This document shows, piece by piece, positions 9,100-17,417 of a stretch of DNA of 64,000 nt. The position numbers and the translations under genes were made by a program. The stretch's first letter is position 1, and every line of letters begins with the position of its first letter. A model generated the notes under the pieces. The model saw only the letters and a program-made list of their open reading frames with translations, was not told where the DNA came from and did not search any database. The stretch comes from Bauldia sp. (GTDB taxonomy: Bacteria; Pseudomonadota; Alphaproteobacteria; Rhizobiales; Kaistiaceae). The stretch covers positions 2,304,237 to 2,368,236 of the forward strand of contig JBBCGQ010000001.1 of NCBI GenBank assembly GCA_037200845.1. The letters are read 5' to 3'.

Positions 9100-9713
9100 A
9101 TGGCTGCCCCCCAGACCTTCCGACAGCGTTCGCTGATCCGGCAACACGACCGCCGTCGCAACCAGCGCGTCACGGTCAATCTACTCGGCCGCTTCATGCT
9201 GGAAGACCGCCGCGAATTCCCTGCCAGACGCAGAACATGTCGCCCGGCAGCCTGGCGCTGACGACGCCCATCGTCGGCCGCGTCGGCGAGCGCGTCGTCG
9301 CCTACATCGACCACATCGGCCGCGTCGAAGGCCAGATCACCCGCGCCTACGACGGCGGCTTCGCCATGACCATCAACGCGACGCTGCGCAAGAAGGACAA
9401 GCTTGCCGCCAAGCTCACCTGGCTCGCCAACCGCCACGAGCTGAACCTGCCGGAAGACCGCCGTCACGATCGCGTGACCCCGCAGATCACCTCGGTCGCG
9501 GTCGCGCTCCCCGACGGCCGCGAGTACCGCGCCAAGGTCGTCGACATGTCGCTGTCGGGCGCCGCGCTGGCCATGGAAGTAAAGCCGCCGATCGGCTCGC
9601 CGCTGATGATCGGCAAGCTCCGCGCCTCGGTCGTCCGCCATTTCGAGGAAGGGATCGCGATCGAATTCGCCACCCTCCAGACGGCCGCCTCGTTGCAGCA
9701 GAATCTGGCGTAA
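9100..9713 (+). pseudogene. PilZ domain protein split by a 1-nt deletion (possible assembly error)
   Basis: ORF 9055-9261 carries the RxxxR part (RRRNQRVTVNLLGRFMLEDRREFP). ORF 9237-9713 carries the N-x-S-x-x-G part (QNMSPGSLAL). The frames join if the CCC run at 9219-9221 is CCCC. Length is 614 nt (3n+2). Confidence 0.8.
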
Positions 9714-9749
9714 TTCTCCACATTTCCCGCCGTCAAAGCTGCCTGCCCC

Positions 9750-9775
9750 GCTCTCCCCGCGAAAGCGGGGGACCC
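9750..9775. repeat. single family A hairpin (CCCCGCGAAAGCGGGGGACCCAGG)
   Basis: Core at 9755-9770, abutting the family B element. Confidence 0.75.
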
Positions 9776-9789
9776 AGGTGCCCCCTCCA

Positions 9790-9910
9790 CTGTCATCCTT
9801 CGGCGAGGCCAAAGGCCTCGACCGGAGGACCACTCAACCTCGAACTACTGGCAGGATTGATGCTGCCGCTGGTCCTCCGGTCGGCGCTCCGCGCCGCCGA
9901 AGGATGACAG
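9790..9910. repeat. 121-bp MITE-like element, family B
   Basis: CTGTCATCCTTCGGCG...CGACCGGAGGACC ... GGTCCTCCGGTCG...CGCCGAAGGATGACAG. Confidence 0.85.
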
Positions 9911-10046
9911 CTAAGGGAAGCGCCGCCGCCTCATAGTAAACAGCCGCCTAATCCAACCCCTCGCATTTGACTCGACTTATCGCGCCCAACTTATGCCGGT
10001 CTAAAAGCATCGCTGCCATAGTCCGCCTCGGGTTGGGGAGCGCACT

Positions 10047-10661
10047 ATGTACAAGAACACTGCAATTAGACTTGCATTCTTCGGGGCGATACTTGGTTTG
10101 ACTGCGGGCGTGGCTGGGGCGAGCCCGACGGACGGTGCCTTCATGGCGACCGCCGGCCGGACCTCGCAGCCGATCGGGCACTACGAATTCTGCCAGAGCC
10201 ACGTCGCGGAATGCACGGTGAAGAGTTCCGGCTCGCAGCGCGTCCGCCTGACGCCGCAGCTCTGGAACGAACTGGTCGCGGTCAATGCCGAGGTCAACCT
10301 CGCCATCAAGCCGGCGACCGACGAAGAGATTTACGGCCGCCCCGAGGTCTGGGCTTACCCGACCACGCGGGGCGACTGCGAGGACCTGGTGCTGCTGAAG
10401 CGCCGCGACCTGATCGAGCAGGGATGGCCGGTTGGCTCCCTTCTCATCACCGTGGTGCGCCAGACGAACGGCGAAGGCCACGCGGTGCTGACGGTCGAAA
10501 CCGACCGCGGCGACCTCGTGCTCGACAGCCTGCAGCCCCGCGTCCTGGTGTGGAGCGATACCGACTACCAGTACGTCAAGCGGCAGTCGGAAACGAACAG
10601 CGGGCAGTGGATGGCAATCGACGATGCCCGCACGAATTTGGTCGGCAGCCTTACGCGCTGA
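10047..10661 (+). CDS. transglutaminase-like cysteine peptidase, BTLCP (LapG-like) family, secreted
   Basis: Signal peptide, then RGDCEDLVLLKRRDL (Cys), GHAVLTV (His) and LVLDSL (Asp) motifs characteristic of BTLCP/DUF920. Confidence 0.8.
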   Translation: MYKNTAIRLAFFGAILGLTAGVAGASPTDGAFMATAGRTSQPIGHYEFCQSHVAECTVKSSGSQRVRLTPQLWNELVAVNAEVNLAIKPATDEEIYGRPEVWAYPTTRGDCEDLVLLKRRDLIEQGWPVGSLLITVVRQTNGEGHAVLTVETDRGDLVLDSLQPRVLVWSDTDYQYVKRQSETNSGQWMAIDDARTNLVGSLTR

Positions 10662-10776
10662 AAATCTCTTCGCGGCGATATTCGCGCCGCTGCCGACCAA
10701 AGCTTAAAGGGGAAACGTATCTGGAGACCTGGACCTGGTCGCGTCCCACCCCCCGTCCCCAAGATCAGGTCCTTGA

Positions 10777-10813
10777 GAGCCGGCCCCCGCCCCGGGGCCG
10801 GCTCACTTTTTTT
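10777..10813 (+). terminator. rho-independent terminator after the BTLCP gene
   Basis: GAGCCGGCCCC-loop-GGGGCCGGCTC followed by ACTTTTTTT. Confidence 0.8.
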
Positions 10814-10825
10814 GTGGTGCCGCGA

Positions 10826-11734
10826 TCAGCCGACGGTGACGACGATCTTGCCGCGCCCGTGCCCGGTCTCCAGCGCGCGATGCGCCGCCGCGATGTCGTC
10901 CAGCGGAAAAGTGGCACGCACCAGCGTGCGGAGCTGACCCGCGGCGGCGAGATCGAGCAGCTTCTGCAGTCGCGCACCGTCGCGTTTTCCCTGCGGCCAG
11001 CGCACGCCGAGCTCGCGCCAGCGGCTATCGCCGATGCTGACGATGCCGGCGCGGTCGATGCCGAGCGTAAGCGCGTAGTCGAGCGCCTCGCCGCCCACCG
11101 TGTCGAGCACGGCCGTCACCGGACTTGGGGCGGCGGCCGCGATCCGGTCGGCGAAGCCTGGGCCGGATGCCACCGGTATCGCGCCCAACTCCCGCAGGTA
11201 GTCGGCGTGGGCGGCACCGGCGACGCCGACGACGCTGGCGCCGGTGTTCAGCGCAAGCTGCGCGGCGAAGGCGCCGACGCCGCCGGCGGCACCGAAGATG
11301 AGCAGCACGGCGGCGGGCCCCAGCGGCAGGATCTCGATGGCGGCATCCGCGGTCTGCGCCGTGGCGCCAAAGGTCGCGGCTTCGGCGAAGGACACGTTGT
11401 CCGGTTTCCGGGCGATGTCGAAGGCCGGCGCGACGACGTACTCCGCCGCGGCGCCGAAGGTCCGGCGGCCGGCGACGGCCTCGCCGACCGACCAGCCCGT
11501 GACGTCCGGCCCGAGGTCCGCGATGACGCCGGCGAATTCGTTGCCGGTGATCAGCGGCAGGCTGCTCCCCGGCGGCAGCGGAATCCGTCCGGCGCGCGCC
11601 TTCCAGTCGAACGGCTGCAGGGCTGCCGCGCGCACACCGATCAGCACCTCGCCGGCGCCGGGAACGGGTTGCGCAACATCGACCACAGACAGGGCCTCCG
11701 GCCCGCCGAAGGCGGAAAACTGTGCTGCTCTCAT
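10826..11734 (-). CDS. NADPH:quinone oxidoreductase-like MDR (zinc-type alcohol dehydrogenase superfamily) protein
   Basis: 302 aa with GAAGGVGAFAAQLA Rossmann motif and MDR-like N-terminus. Confidence 0.8.
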   Translation of the reverse strand: MRAAQFSAFGGPEALSVVDVAQPVPGAGEVLIGVRAAALQPFDWKARAGRIPLPPGSSLPLITGNEFAGVIADLGPDVTGWSVGEAVAGRRTFGAAAEYVVAPAFDIARKPDNVSFAEAATFGATAQTADAAIEILPLGPAAVLLIFGAAGGVGAFAAQLALNTGASVVGVAGAAHADYLRELGAIPVASGPGFADRIAAAAPSPVTAVLDTVGGEALDYALTLGIDRAGIVSIGDSRWRELGVRWPQGKRDGARLQKLLDLAAAGQLRTLVRATFPLDDIAAAHRALETGHGRGKIVVTVG

Positions 11735-11859
11735 GACGCGTCTCCGCCGTTGAATCGCGATGGCGCTCGCCGCGCCTCGTTCCTATATGGGCGGAAATCG
11801 TTGGTTTGAAGGGAAGCGCGCCAATCGGCGACGGCGTCCCTCGCCAGAGGGACCGCAGC

Positions 11860-12864
11860 ATGCTCGATATATTCGCCCAGCCTGAACCGGAAGGGTCGCC
11901 GCGCGAGGACGCCGCGCTGCTCGATGCCTACTCGACCGCCGTCGCCGGCATCGTCGAGCGTGTCGGGCCGACCGTCGTGCGCGTCGAGACGCGGCAGACC
12001 GCCGGCTCGCGCCGCGGCGGCACCGGCTCCGGCGTCATTCTCTCGTCGGACGGGCTGATCCTCACCAATAGCCACGTCGTCGCCAGCGCCGCGGTCATCG
12101 GCCTTGCCGACACCGAAGGGCGCACCACCGATGCGCAGTTGCTGGGCGACGATCCCGACACCGACCTCGCGCTCATCCGCGCCAACGCCGCGCGCGACCT
12201 GCCGGCCGCGACCCTCGGCGTCTCGCGCACGCTGAAGCGCGGCCAGTTGGTGGCAGCGATCGGCAATCCGCTGGGCTTCGACTGGACGGTCACCGCCGGC
12301 GTCATCTCCGCCCTCGGCCGCTCGCTGCCGACCGGCACCGGCCGGCTGATCGAGGACGTCATCCAGACCGACGCGGCGCTGAACCCCGGCAACTCAGGCG
12401 GCCCGCTGGTCGCCTCGAGCGGCGAGGTCATCGGCATCAACACCGCCGTCATCCCCGGCGCGCAGGGCATCAGCTTCGCGGTGGCCAGCGATACCGCACG
12501 CTTCGTGCTGGGCGAGCTGGTGCGGCACGGCCGCGTCCGCCGCGCCTTCATCGGCGTCAGCGCCGAGACGGCAGTCGTGCCGCGCCGCTTCGCGCTCGCC
12601 GCCGGCCTTGCCGGCAATACCGGCGCGGTGCTCCGCACCATCGACCAGACCGGCCCGGCCTCGGCTGGTGGCCTGCTCACCGGCGACGTCGTCGTGGCGC
12701 TGGACGAGGTGCCCGTCGCCGGCGTCGGCGATCTCATCCGCCTGCTCACCGCCGACAAGATCACGCGCGTCGTCGCCGTCGATGTGCTGCGGCTCGGCAA
12801 GCCGCGGCGGTTCTGGATCGGGCCGACGGAGCGTGCGACGAAGCGCCAGCGCCCGAAGGGCTAG
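11860..12864 (+). CDS. S1C (HtrA/DegP-like) serine protease with PDZ domain
   Basis: His/Asp/Ser context (TNSHVV, DLALI, GNSGGPL) plus a C-terminal PDZ-like region. No obvious signal peptide. Start at MLDIF (alternative at 11806). Confidence 0.8.
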   Translation: MLDIFAQPEPEGSPREDAALLDAYSTAVAGIVERVGPTVVRVETRQTAGSRRGGTGSGVILSSDGLILTNSHVVASAAVIGLADTEGRTTDAQLLGDDPDTDLALIRANAARDLPAATLGVSRTLKRGQLVAAIGNPLGFDWTVTAGVISALGRSLPTGTGRLIEDVIQTDAALNPGNSGGPLVASSGEVIGINTAVIPGAQGISFAVASDTARFVLGELVRHGRVRRAFIGVSAETAVVPRRFALAAGLAGNTGAVLRTIDQTGPASAGGLLTGDVVVALDEVPVAGVGDLIRLLTADKITRVVAVDVLRLGKPRRFWIGPTERATKRQRPKG

Positions 12865-13386
12865 CGGTCGAGCCCGTTGGCGAAGCGCCGCCAGTTGGCG
12901 GCGTAGTGCGCCGCCGAGCGCTTGTTGCGCGCGATCTCGTCGTCGGTGAGGCGGGCGCGCAACCTTGCCCGGCGCCCCGATCACCAGCGAACCCGCCGGG
13001 ATCACCTTGCCCTCGGTCACCAGCGCGCCGGCGCCGACCAGCGAATTGTCGCCGATCACCGCGCCGTTGAGGACGATCGCGCCCATGCCGATCAGCACGT
13101 TGTTGCCGATGGTGCAGCCGTGGACAATGGCGCGGTGGCCGATGGTGCAGCCGATGCCGACCGTCGCCGGGAAGCCGGGGTCGGTGTGCACGACGACGTG
13201 CTCCTGCAGGTTGGAGTCGGCGCCGATGACGATCGCCTCGCCGTCGCCGCGGACAACCGCGCCGAACCAGATGCCGACGCTGTCGCCGAGCGTGACGTTG
13301 CCGATCACCGTCGCGGTCGGCGCGATCCAGTAGCGGCCGTCGGCCGGCAGCGTCGGTGATTTTCCGTCGAGACTGTGGATCGCCAT
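12861..13386 (-). pseudogene. gamma-carbonic-anhydrase-like hexapeptide-repeat protein with a 1-nt insertion (possible assembly error)
   Basis: N-terminal 140 aa are LbH/gamma-CA-like. After GAPGKVAR the frame turns arginine-rich and runs on for 190 more codons. The adjacent frame gives LTDDEIARNKRSAAHYAANWRRFANGLDR*, ending at 12861. Shift site is around 12950-12956. Length is 526 nt (3n+1). Confidence 0.8.
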
Positions 13387-13387
13387 G

Positions 13388-13752
13388 TCAGGCGAACGTA
13401 TCCCGCAAATTGAGCGCGAGGTCGAGCACCAGAACGCCCGAGCACACGCTCCACAGGAGCACGACGAAGACGCCGAACAGCACGGTGCCGACCGCGTTCC
13501 GGTCGCTGATCCGCGACTTCATCACCATGTCGAGCACGATCACCGCCCGGTGACCGCGCACAGGATGAACGTCACCGCCAGCGCGGTGATGCCCTTGCCG
13601 AGCAGCGCGAAACGCGGCGCCTCGGCGGTCATCATCTTGTAGAAGCTCGCCGCGACGCCCGAGGCCACAAAGCCCACGGCGGCGCAGTAGAAAACCAGGA
13701 ACCCATCGTGCAACACGGTCGCCGTCCCGAAAAACGTCCCACGCGGATACAT
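13388..13752 (-). pseudogene. small integral membrane protein (~121 aa) split by a 1-nt deletion (possible assembly error)
   Basis: MYPRGTFFGTATV...FILCAVTGR* in one frame and AVIVLDMVMKSRISDRN...LRDTFA* in the next, both hydrophobic and both with high GC3. They join if CCC at 13546-13548 is CCCC. Stop lies 1 nt before the gamma-CA start. Confidence 0.65.
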
Positions 13753-13870
13753 CCGCCCCACCGTTGAGCGGTGGGTGCAAGGCGCGTACCGTCCGTTAAG
13801 CATGCGATTCGCCTCTCCCAAGGGCATGGAATCGCAAAGGCTTTCCCGGTTGGGGTCGCTGGGCGGTCGG

Positions 13871-14701
13871 ATGGCGGATGTTTCGATAAGACACAAGCTC
13901 GGACGCACGCCGCCCGCTCCCGCGGCGCCGAAGCCCGCGCCCGTTCCGCCGAAGCCGGCGCCCGCCAAGGCCGCCGCGCCGAGGCCACCGGCGCCGCCGC
14001 GCGACGTGCCGCGCGCCTGGCAGCCCAACCGGCCGCTGGTGCTTATCGCCGCCGTCATCCTGCTGATCGTCGCGTTCGGCGGCCTGACGCGCACCGTCAT
14101 TCAGGTCTACCACGACGCCATGCTGCTGACCGGCCTCACGGCCGACGCTACGCCGGTGAAGCTCGCGATCGGCGCCGAGGAACTGGCCATCCCCGGCAAC
14201 ATGCTGCGCTCGGAACGCACGCGCCGCGGCGGCCCGGTCGAGCGCGCCGATCTCGCGCTCCACTGGCCGAACCTCGAGGGCTACACCGAGGCGCAGTCCG
14301 ACGCCTTCCGCGACGACGGCCAGAACGCGCCGATCGTGTACGCCACGATCTCGACGCGCGACGAGCCGCTCGATTCCACCGGCCGCCTCGACGAGGTCTA
14401 CGCCCGCTTCTTCGTCGACAAGCCGCTGCCCGGCCCTTCCGGCCTCGTCGGCCGCAAGCTCAGCGCCGAGTCGGGCTATGGCGACGAGATCGTCTACTTC
14501 ATGCCGTCCGAGCCGCGCCCGTTCGTCGCCCGCTGCCTGGCGGAAGCCTCGCCCGAGGTGCCCGCGACTTGCCTCCGCGACGTCAACTTCGGCCGCGGCC
14601 TGTCCGTGCTCTACCGCTTCAACCGCGATCTGCTGACCGATTGGCGCACGCTGGATGCCGGGATGCAGAAGCTGGTGGCGGGGTTCGTGATCCCGAACTG
14701 A
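13871..14701 (+). CDS. hypothetical membrane-anchored protein (Pro/Ala-rich N-terminus, one TM, ~190-aa extracytoplasmic domain)
   Basis: MADVSIRHKLGR..., PAPK-rich stretch, TM LVLIAAVILLIVAFGGL. High GC3. No domain recognised. Confidence 0.65.
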   Translation: MADVSIRHKLGRTPPAPAAPKPAPVPPKPAPAKAAAPRPPAPPRDVPRAWQPNRPLVLIAAVILLIVAFGGLTRTVIQVYHDAMLLTGLTADATPVKLAIGAEELAIPGNMLRSERTRRGGPVERADLALHWPNLEGYTEAQSDAFRDDGQNAPIVYATISTRDEPLDSTGRLDEVYARFFVDKPLPGPSGLVGRKLSAESGYGDEIVYFMPSEPRPFVARCLAEASPEVPATCLRDVNFGRGLSVLYRFNRDLLTDWRTLDAGMQKLVAGFVIPN

Positions 14702-14724
14702 CGCTTTGCCGGAACTACCCGCAG

Positions 14725-14812
14725 CCGTCGCCCCGGCGAAAGCCGGGGTCCAGCGACGTAGGTTGAGGCAAGCTTTGCGTCCCGCGCTGGATCCCGGCTT
14801 TCGCCGGGATGA
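14725..14812. repeat. family A hairpin pair, variant core CCCCGGCGAAAGCCGGGG / CCCGGCTTTCGCCGGG
   Basis: Cores at 14731-14748 and 14793-14808 in inverted orientation. Confidence 0.75.
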
Positions 14813-14841
14813 CGGAGAGAGGGCGCGGAGAAAGCGGAGAG

Positions 14842-15051
14842 CTACTCCAGGTCGATATCCAGAATCGCCATCGTGAAATTGTAGGAAAGGTCGCCGTCTT
14901 CGTCGTCGCGATAGATCACGCCGATGAACTCGTCGCCGATGTAGACCTCGGCCGAGTCGTTCTTCTGCGGGCGCTGTCTCACTTCCATCTGCGGCATGTT
15001 GAACCGCTTGCGGAAATACGCTTCGAGTTTCTGGATCTCTTTGCGATCCAT
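14842..15051 (-). CDS. DUF3126 family protein
   Basis: 69 aa (MDRKEIQKLEAYFRKRF...VYIGDEFIGVIYRDDEDGDLSYNFTMAILDIDLE) matches my recollection of DUF3126. Only the C-terminal part of the 220-aa track ORF is real. Confidence 0.8.
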   Translation of the reverse strand: MDRKEIQKLEAYFRKRFNMPQMEVRQRPQKNDSAEVYIGDEFIGVIYRDDEDGDLSYNFTMAILDIDLE

Positions 15052-15068
15052 CTGCCGCCCCTCTTTCC

Positions 15069-15881
15069 TCAGCATTCCTCGAACGTCTGGTCCATCGCGC
15101 GGACCGATTCGGCGTTGCCGCCGATCTCGCCGATGACCTTGGCCGGCACGCCGGCGACCGTTGTATACGGCGGCACCGCGTGCAGCACCACCGATCCCGC
15201 CGCGACCTTTGCGCCTTCGCCGATCTCGATATTGCCGAGAATCTTGGCGCCCGCGCCGATCAGCACACCGTCGCGAATCTTCGGATGGCGGTCGCCGGTT
15301 TCCTTGCCGGTGCCGCCGAGCGTCACGTCCTGCAGGATCGAGACGTTGTCGCCGACCGAGGCGGTGCGCCCGATGACGATGCCGGTCGCATGGTCGAGCA
15401 TGACGCCGCGCCCCATCGGCGCCGCCGGCGAGATGTCGGTGGCGAAGATCGACGACGAGCGCGCCTGCAGGTAGAGCGCGAAGTCGCGCCGCCCCTTCTT
15501 CCACAGCCAGTGCGCCAGGCGATGCGTCTGGATGGCGTGGAAGCCCTTGAAGTAGAGCACCGGCTCGATGTGCCGGTCGCAGGCCGGATCGCGATCGTAG
15601 ACCGCGGCGATGTCGGAGCGGAACGCTTCGGCGATCGACGGATCGTCGGCGACTGCCTCCTTGTAGGCAAGGCGGATCACCTCGGCGTTGACGACGCTGT
15701 TGTCGAGCCGCTGCGCGACGCGGTGGATGATCGCATCCTCCAGCCGGTCATGGTTGAGGATCGTGGCGTAGACGAAGCTCGCGATCGCGGGCTCCGCGGC
15801 GCAAATCTGCTGCGCCTCGCGCTTGATCTGGTCCCAGACGGGATCGACCTCGCGGATCGCTTCGGAATGCTTGGCAACCAT
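15069..15881 (-). CDS. cysE: serine O-acetyltransferase
   Basis: SATase N-terminal helical domain plus hexapeptide repeats (GIVIGRTASVGDNVSILQDVTLGGTGK). Confidence 0.9.
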   Translation of the reverse strand: MVAKHSEAIREVDPVWDQIKREAQQICAAEPAIASFVYATILNHDRLEDAIIHRVAQRLDNSVVNAEVIRLAYKEAVADDPSIAEAFRSDIAAVYDRDPACDRHIEPVLYFKGFHAIQTHRLAHWLWKKGRRDFALYLQARSSSIFATDISPAAPMGRGVMLDHATGIVIGRTASVGDNVSILQDVTLGGTGKETGDRHPKIRDGVLIGAGAKILGNIEIGEGAKVAAGSVVLHAVPPYTTVAGVPAKVIGEIGGNAESVRAMDQTFEEC

Positions 15882-16019
15882 GGCTCAAAACCTCGAAAAG
15901 GCGCGGGACACTATCACAAGCCGCGCCATCCGCCAGCCGGCCCCGCGGAGACATAACGGCCGCCGGTTAATGAACGTTCCCGCCAGTTAGGCCTCGAATC
16001 CCACGAGCCAAGCCTCCCC

Positions 16020-16200
16020 TCCGCTTTCCCCCGCGAAGGCCGGGGACCCAGGAGCCGCGCAAGGCCCAAGAAGCGAGGCGATTTCTAACACCTGGATCCC
16101 CGCCTTCGCGGGGAAAGCGGAGTGGGAGATGGCGCCCCCTCCTAACTCCCCCTTGAGGGGAGGTCGAAATCGCCCGCCGGGCGATTTCGGGTGGGGGGTC
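16020..16200. repeat. family A hairpin pair plus a CCCCCTTGAGGGGAGG / CGCCCGCCGGGCG hairpin cluster
   Basis: CCCCGCGAAGGCCGGGGACCCAGG at ~16029, CTGGATCCCCGCCTTCGCGGGG at ~16092-16113, further hairpins at 16143-16200. Confidence 0.7.
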
Positions 16201-16205
16201 GCGTT

Positions 16206-16967
16206 CTAGTCCAGCGGTGAATGCCGCGCCAGGAACGCCAGCACCCCGGCCTTATACGTCCGGTCGCCGACCGCCAGCATGTGGTCGCGATTGGGAATGT
16301 CGAGCACCTCGGCATCGGGGATGACGTGCGCCAGCCGCCGCGCCGAACCTGCCACGGCATCCTTGGTGCCGACCGCGACCAGGGTCGGCGCCCGTATCCG
16401 CGCCACCGCCTCGATCGGCACCACCTCGCGCTGGCCGATGATGCAGGCGGCAAGCGCCTTCCGGTCGCTCCGCGACAGGTCGATGAACTTGCGGTACGCC
16501 CGCCCGGTGTCGCCGACGGCATCCTCGAGCGTCGGCGCCTCGAGCGCGGCGACGATCTCCTCCTCGTCGCCGATGCCCTCGACCATGCCCATCCCCATGC
16601 CGGCGATGATCAGCGCCCGCACCTTCTCCGGATGGGCGATGGCGAGCACGGCGGCGATCCGCCCGCCCATCGAGTAGCCCATGACGTCGGCGCGCGGGAT
16701 ACCGAGATGGTCGAGCAGGTTCGCCGCATCCTCTGCGAGCAGCGCAGGCCGGTACGCGGAAGGCTCATAGAATTTCTGGCTCTGCCCGTGCCCGCGCACG
16801 TCCATGGCGACCACCCGTCGCCCGGCGCCGGTCAGCGTGTCGATCCACCCGGTTGCCTTCCAGTTGATGGCGTGGCTGGAGCCGAAGCCGTGGATCAGCA
16901 GGATCGGCGGCCCGGCGCCCACATCGACGTAGGCAATATCCATGCCTTTGGAAGAAAAGTGATTCAT
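16206..16967 (-). CDS. alpha/beta hydrolase fold protein
   Basis: HGFGSS oxyanion region, GYSMGG nucleophile elbow, C-terminal His region. Start at MNHFSSKG. Confidence 0.8.
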   Translation of the reverse strand: MNHFSSKGMDIAYVDVGAGPPILLIHGFGSSHAINWKATGWIDTLTGAGRRVVAMDVRGHGQSQKFYEPSAYRPALLAEDAANLLDHLGIPRADVMGYSMGGRIAAVLAIAHPEKVRALIIAGMGMGMVEGIGDEEEIVAALEAPTLEDAVGDTGRAYRKFIDLSRSDRKALAACIIGQREVVPIEAVARIRAPTLVAVGTKDAVAGSARRLAHVIPDAEVLDIPNRDHMLAVGDRTYKAGVLAFLARHSPLD

Positions 16968-17029
16968 CGAAGCTCTCGTTCGCGGCCTGCACATAGCGCA
17001 GGAATGCGAAATGACGAATACCCGCACCT

Positions 17030-17105
17030 GTCGTCCCCGCGAAGGCGGGGACCCAGTACACAACGACCGGCCGGCGTTTACTGGATGCCCGCCTTCGCGG
17101 GCATG
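17030..17105. repeat. family A hairpin pair
   Basis: GTCCCCGCGAAGGCGGGGACCCAG at 17033-17056 and CTGGATGCCCGCCTTCGCGGGCATGA at 17081-17106. Confidence 0.8.
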
Positions 17106-17158
17106 ACAGACAGAGTTGCCGCCGCTATTGTCCCGGCCACTAACGCAAGGAAACTGAC

Positions 17159-17404
17159 ATGGCCGACCACGTCGTCCCCCATTTCCAGAACACCGCCGGC
17201 GTCCGCGCCATCGCCATCGGCGTCAAGGAATTCATGTGCGTCGGCGCCAATCCGCCGTTCGACCACCCGCACATCTATATCGACATGGGCGACGCCGACG
17301 AGAAGGTCTGCCCCTACTGCTCGACCCTCTACCGCTACCAGGCCAGCCTCGGCGCGACCGAGACCGACCCGCCCGGCCACCTGTTCGTAGAACGCGCCGC
17401 CTGA
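17159..17404 (+). CDS. zinc-finger (zf-CHCC type) domain protein
   Basis: 81 aa with FMCVG...HPHIYIDMGD...CPYCST pattern. Confidence 0.75.
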   Translation: MADHVVPHFQNTAGVRAIAIGVKEFMCVGANPPFDHPHIYIDMGDADEKVCPYCSTLYRYQASLGATETDPPGHLFVERAA

Positions 17405-17417
17405 TCGTGGAACGCCT

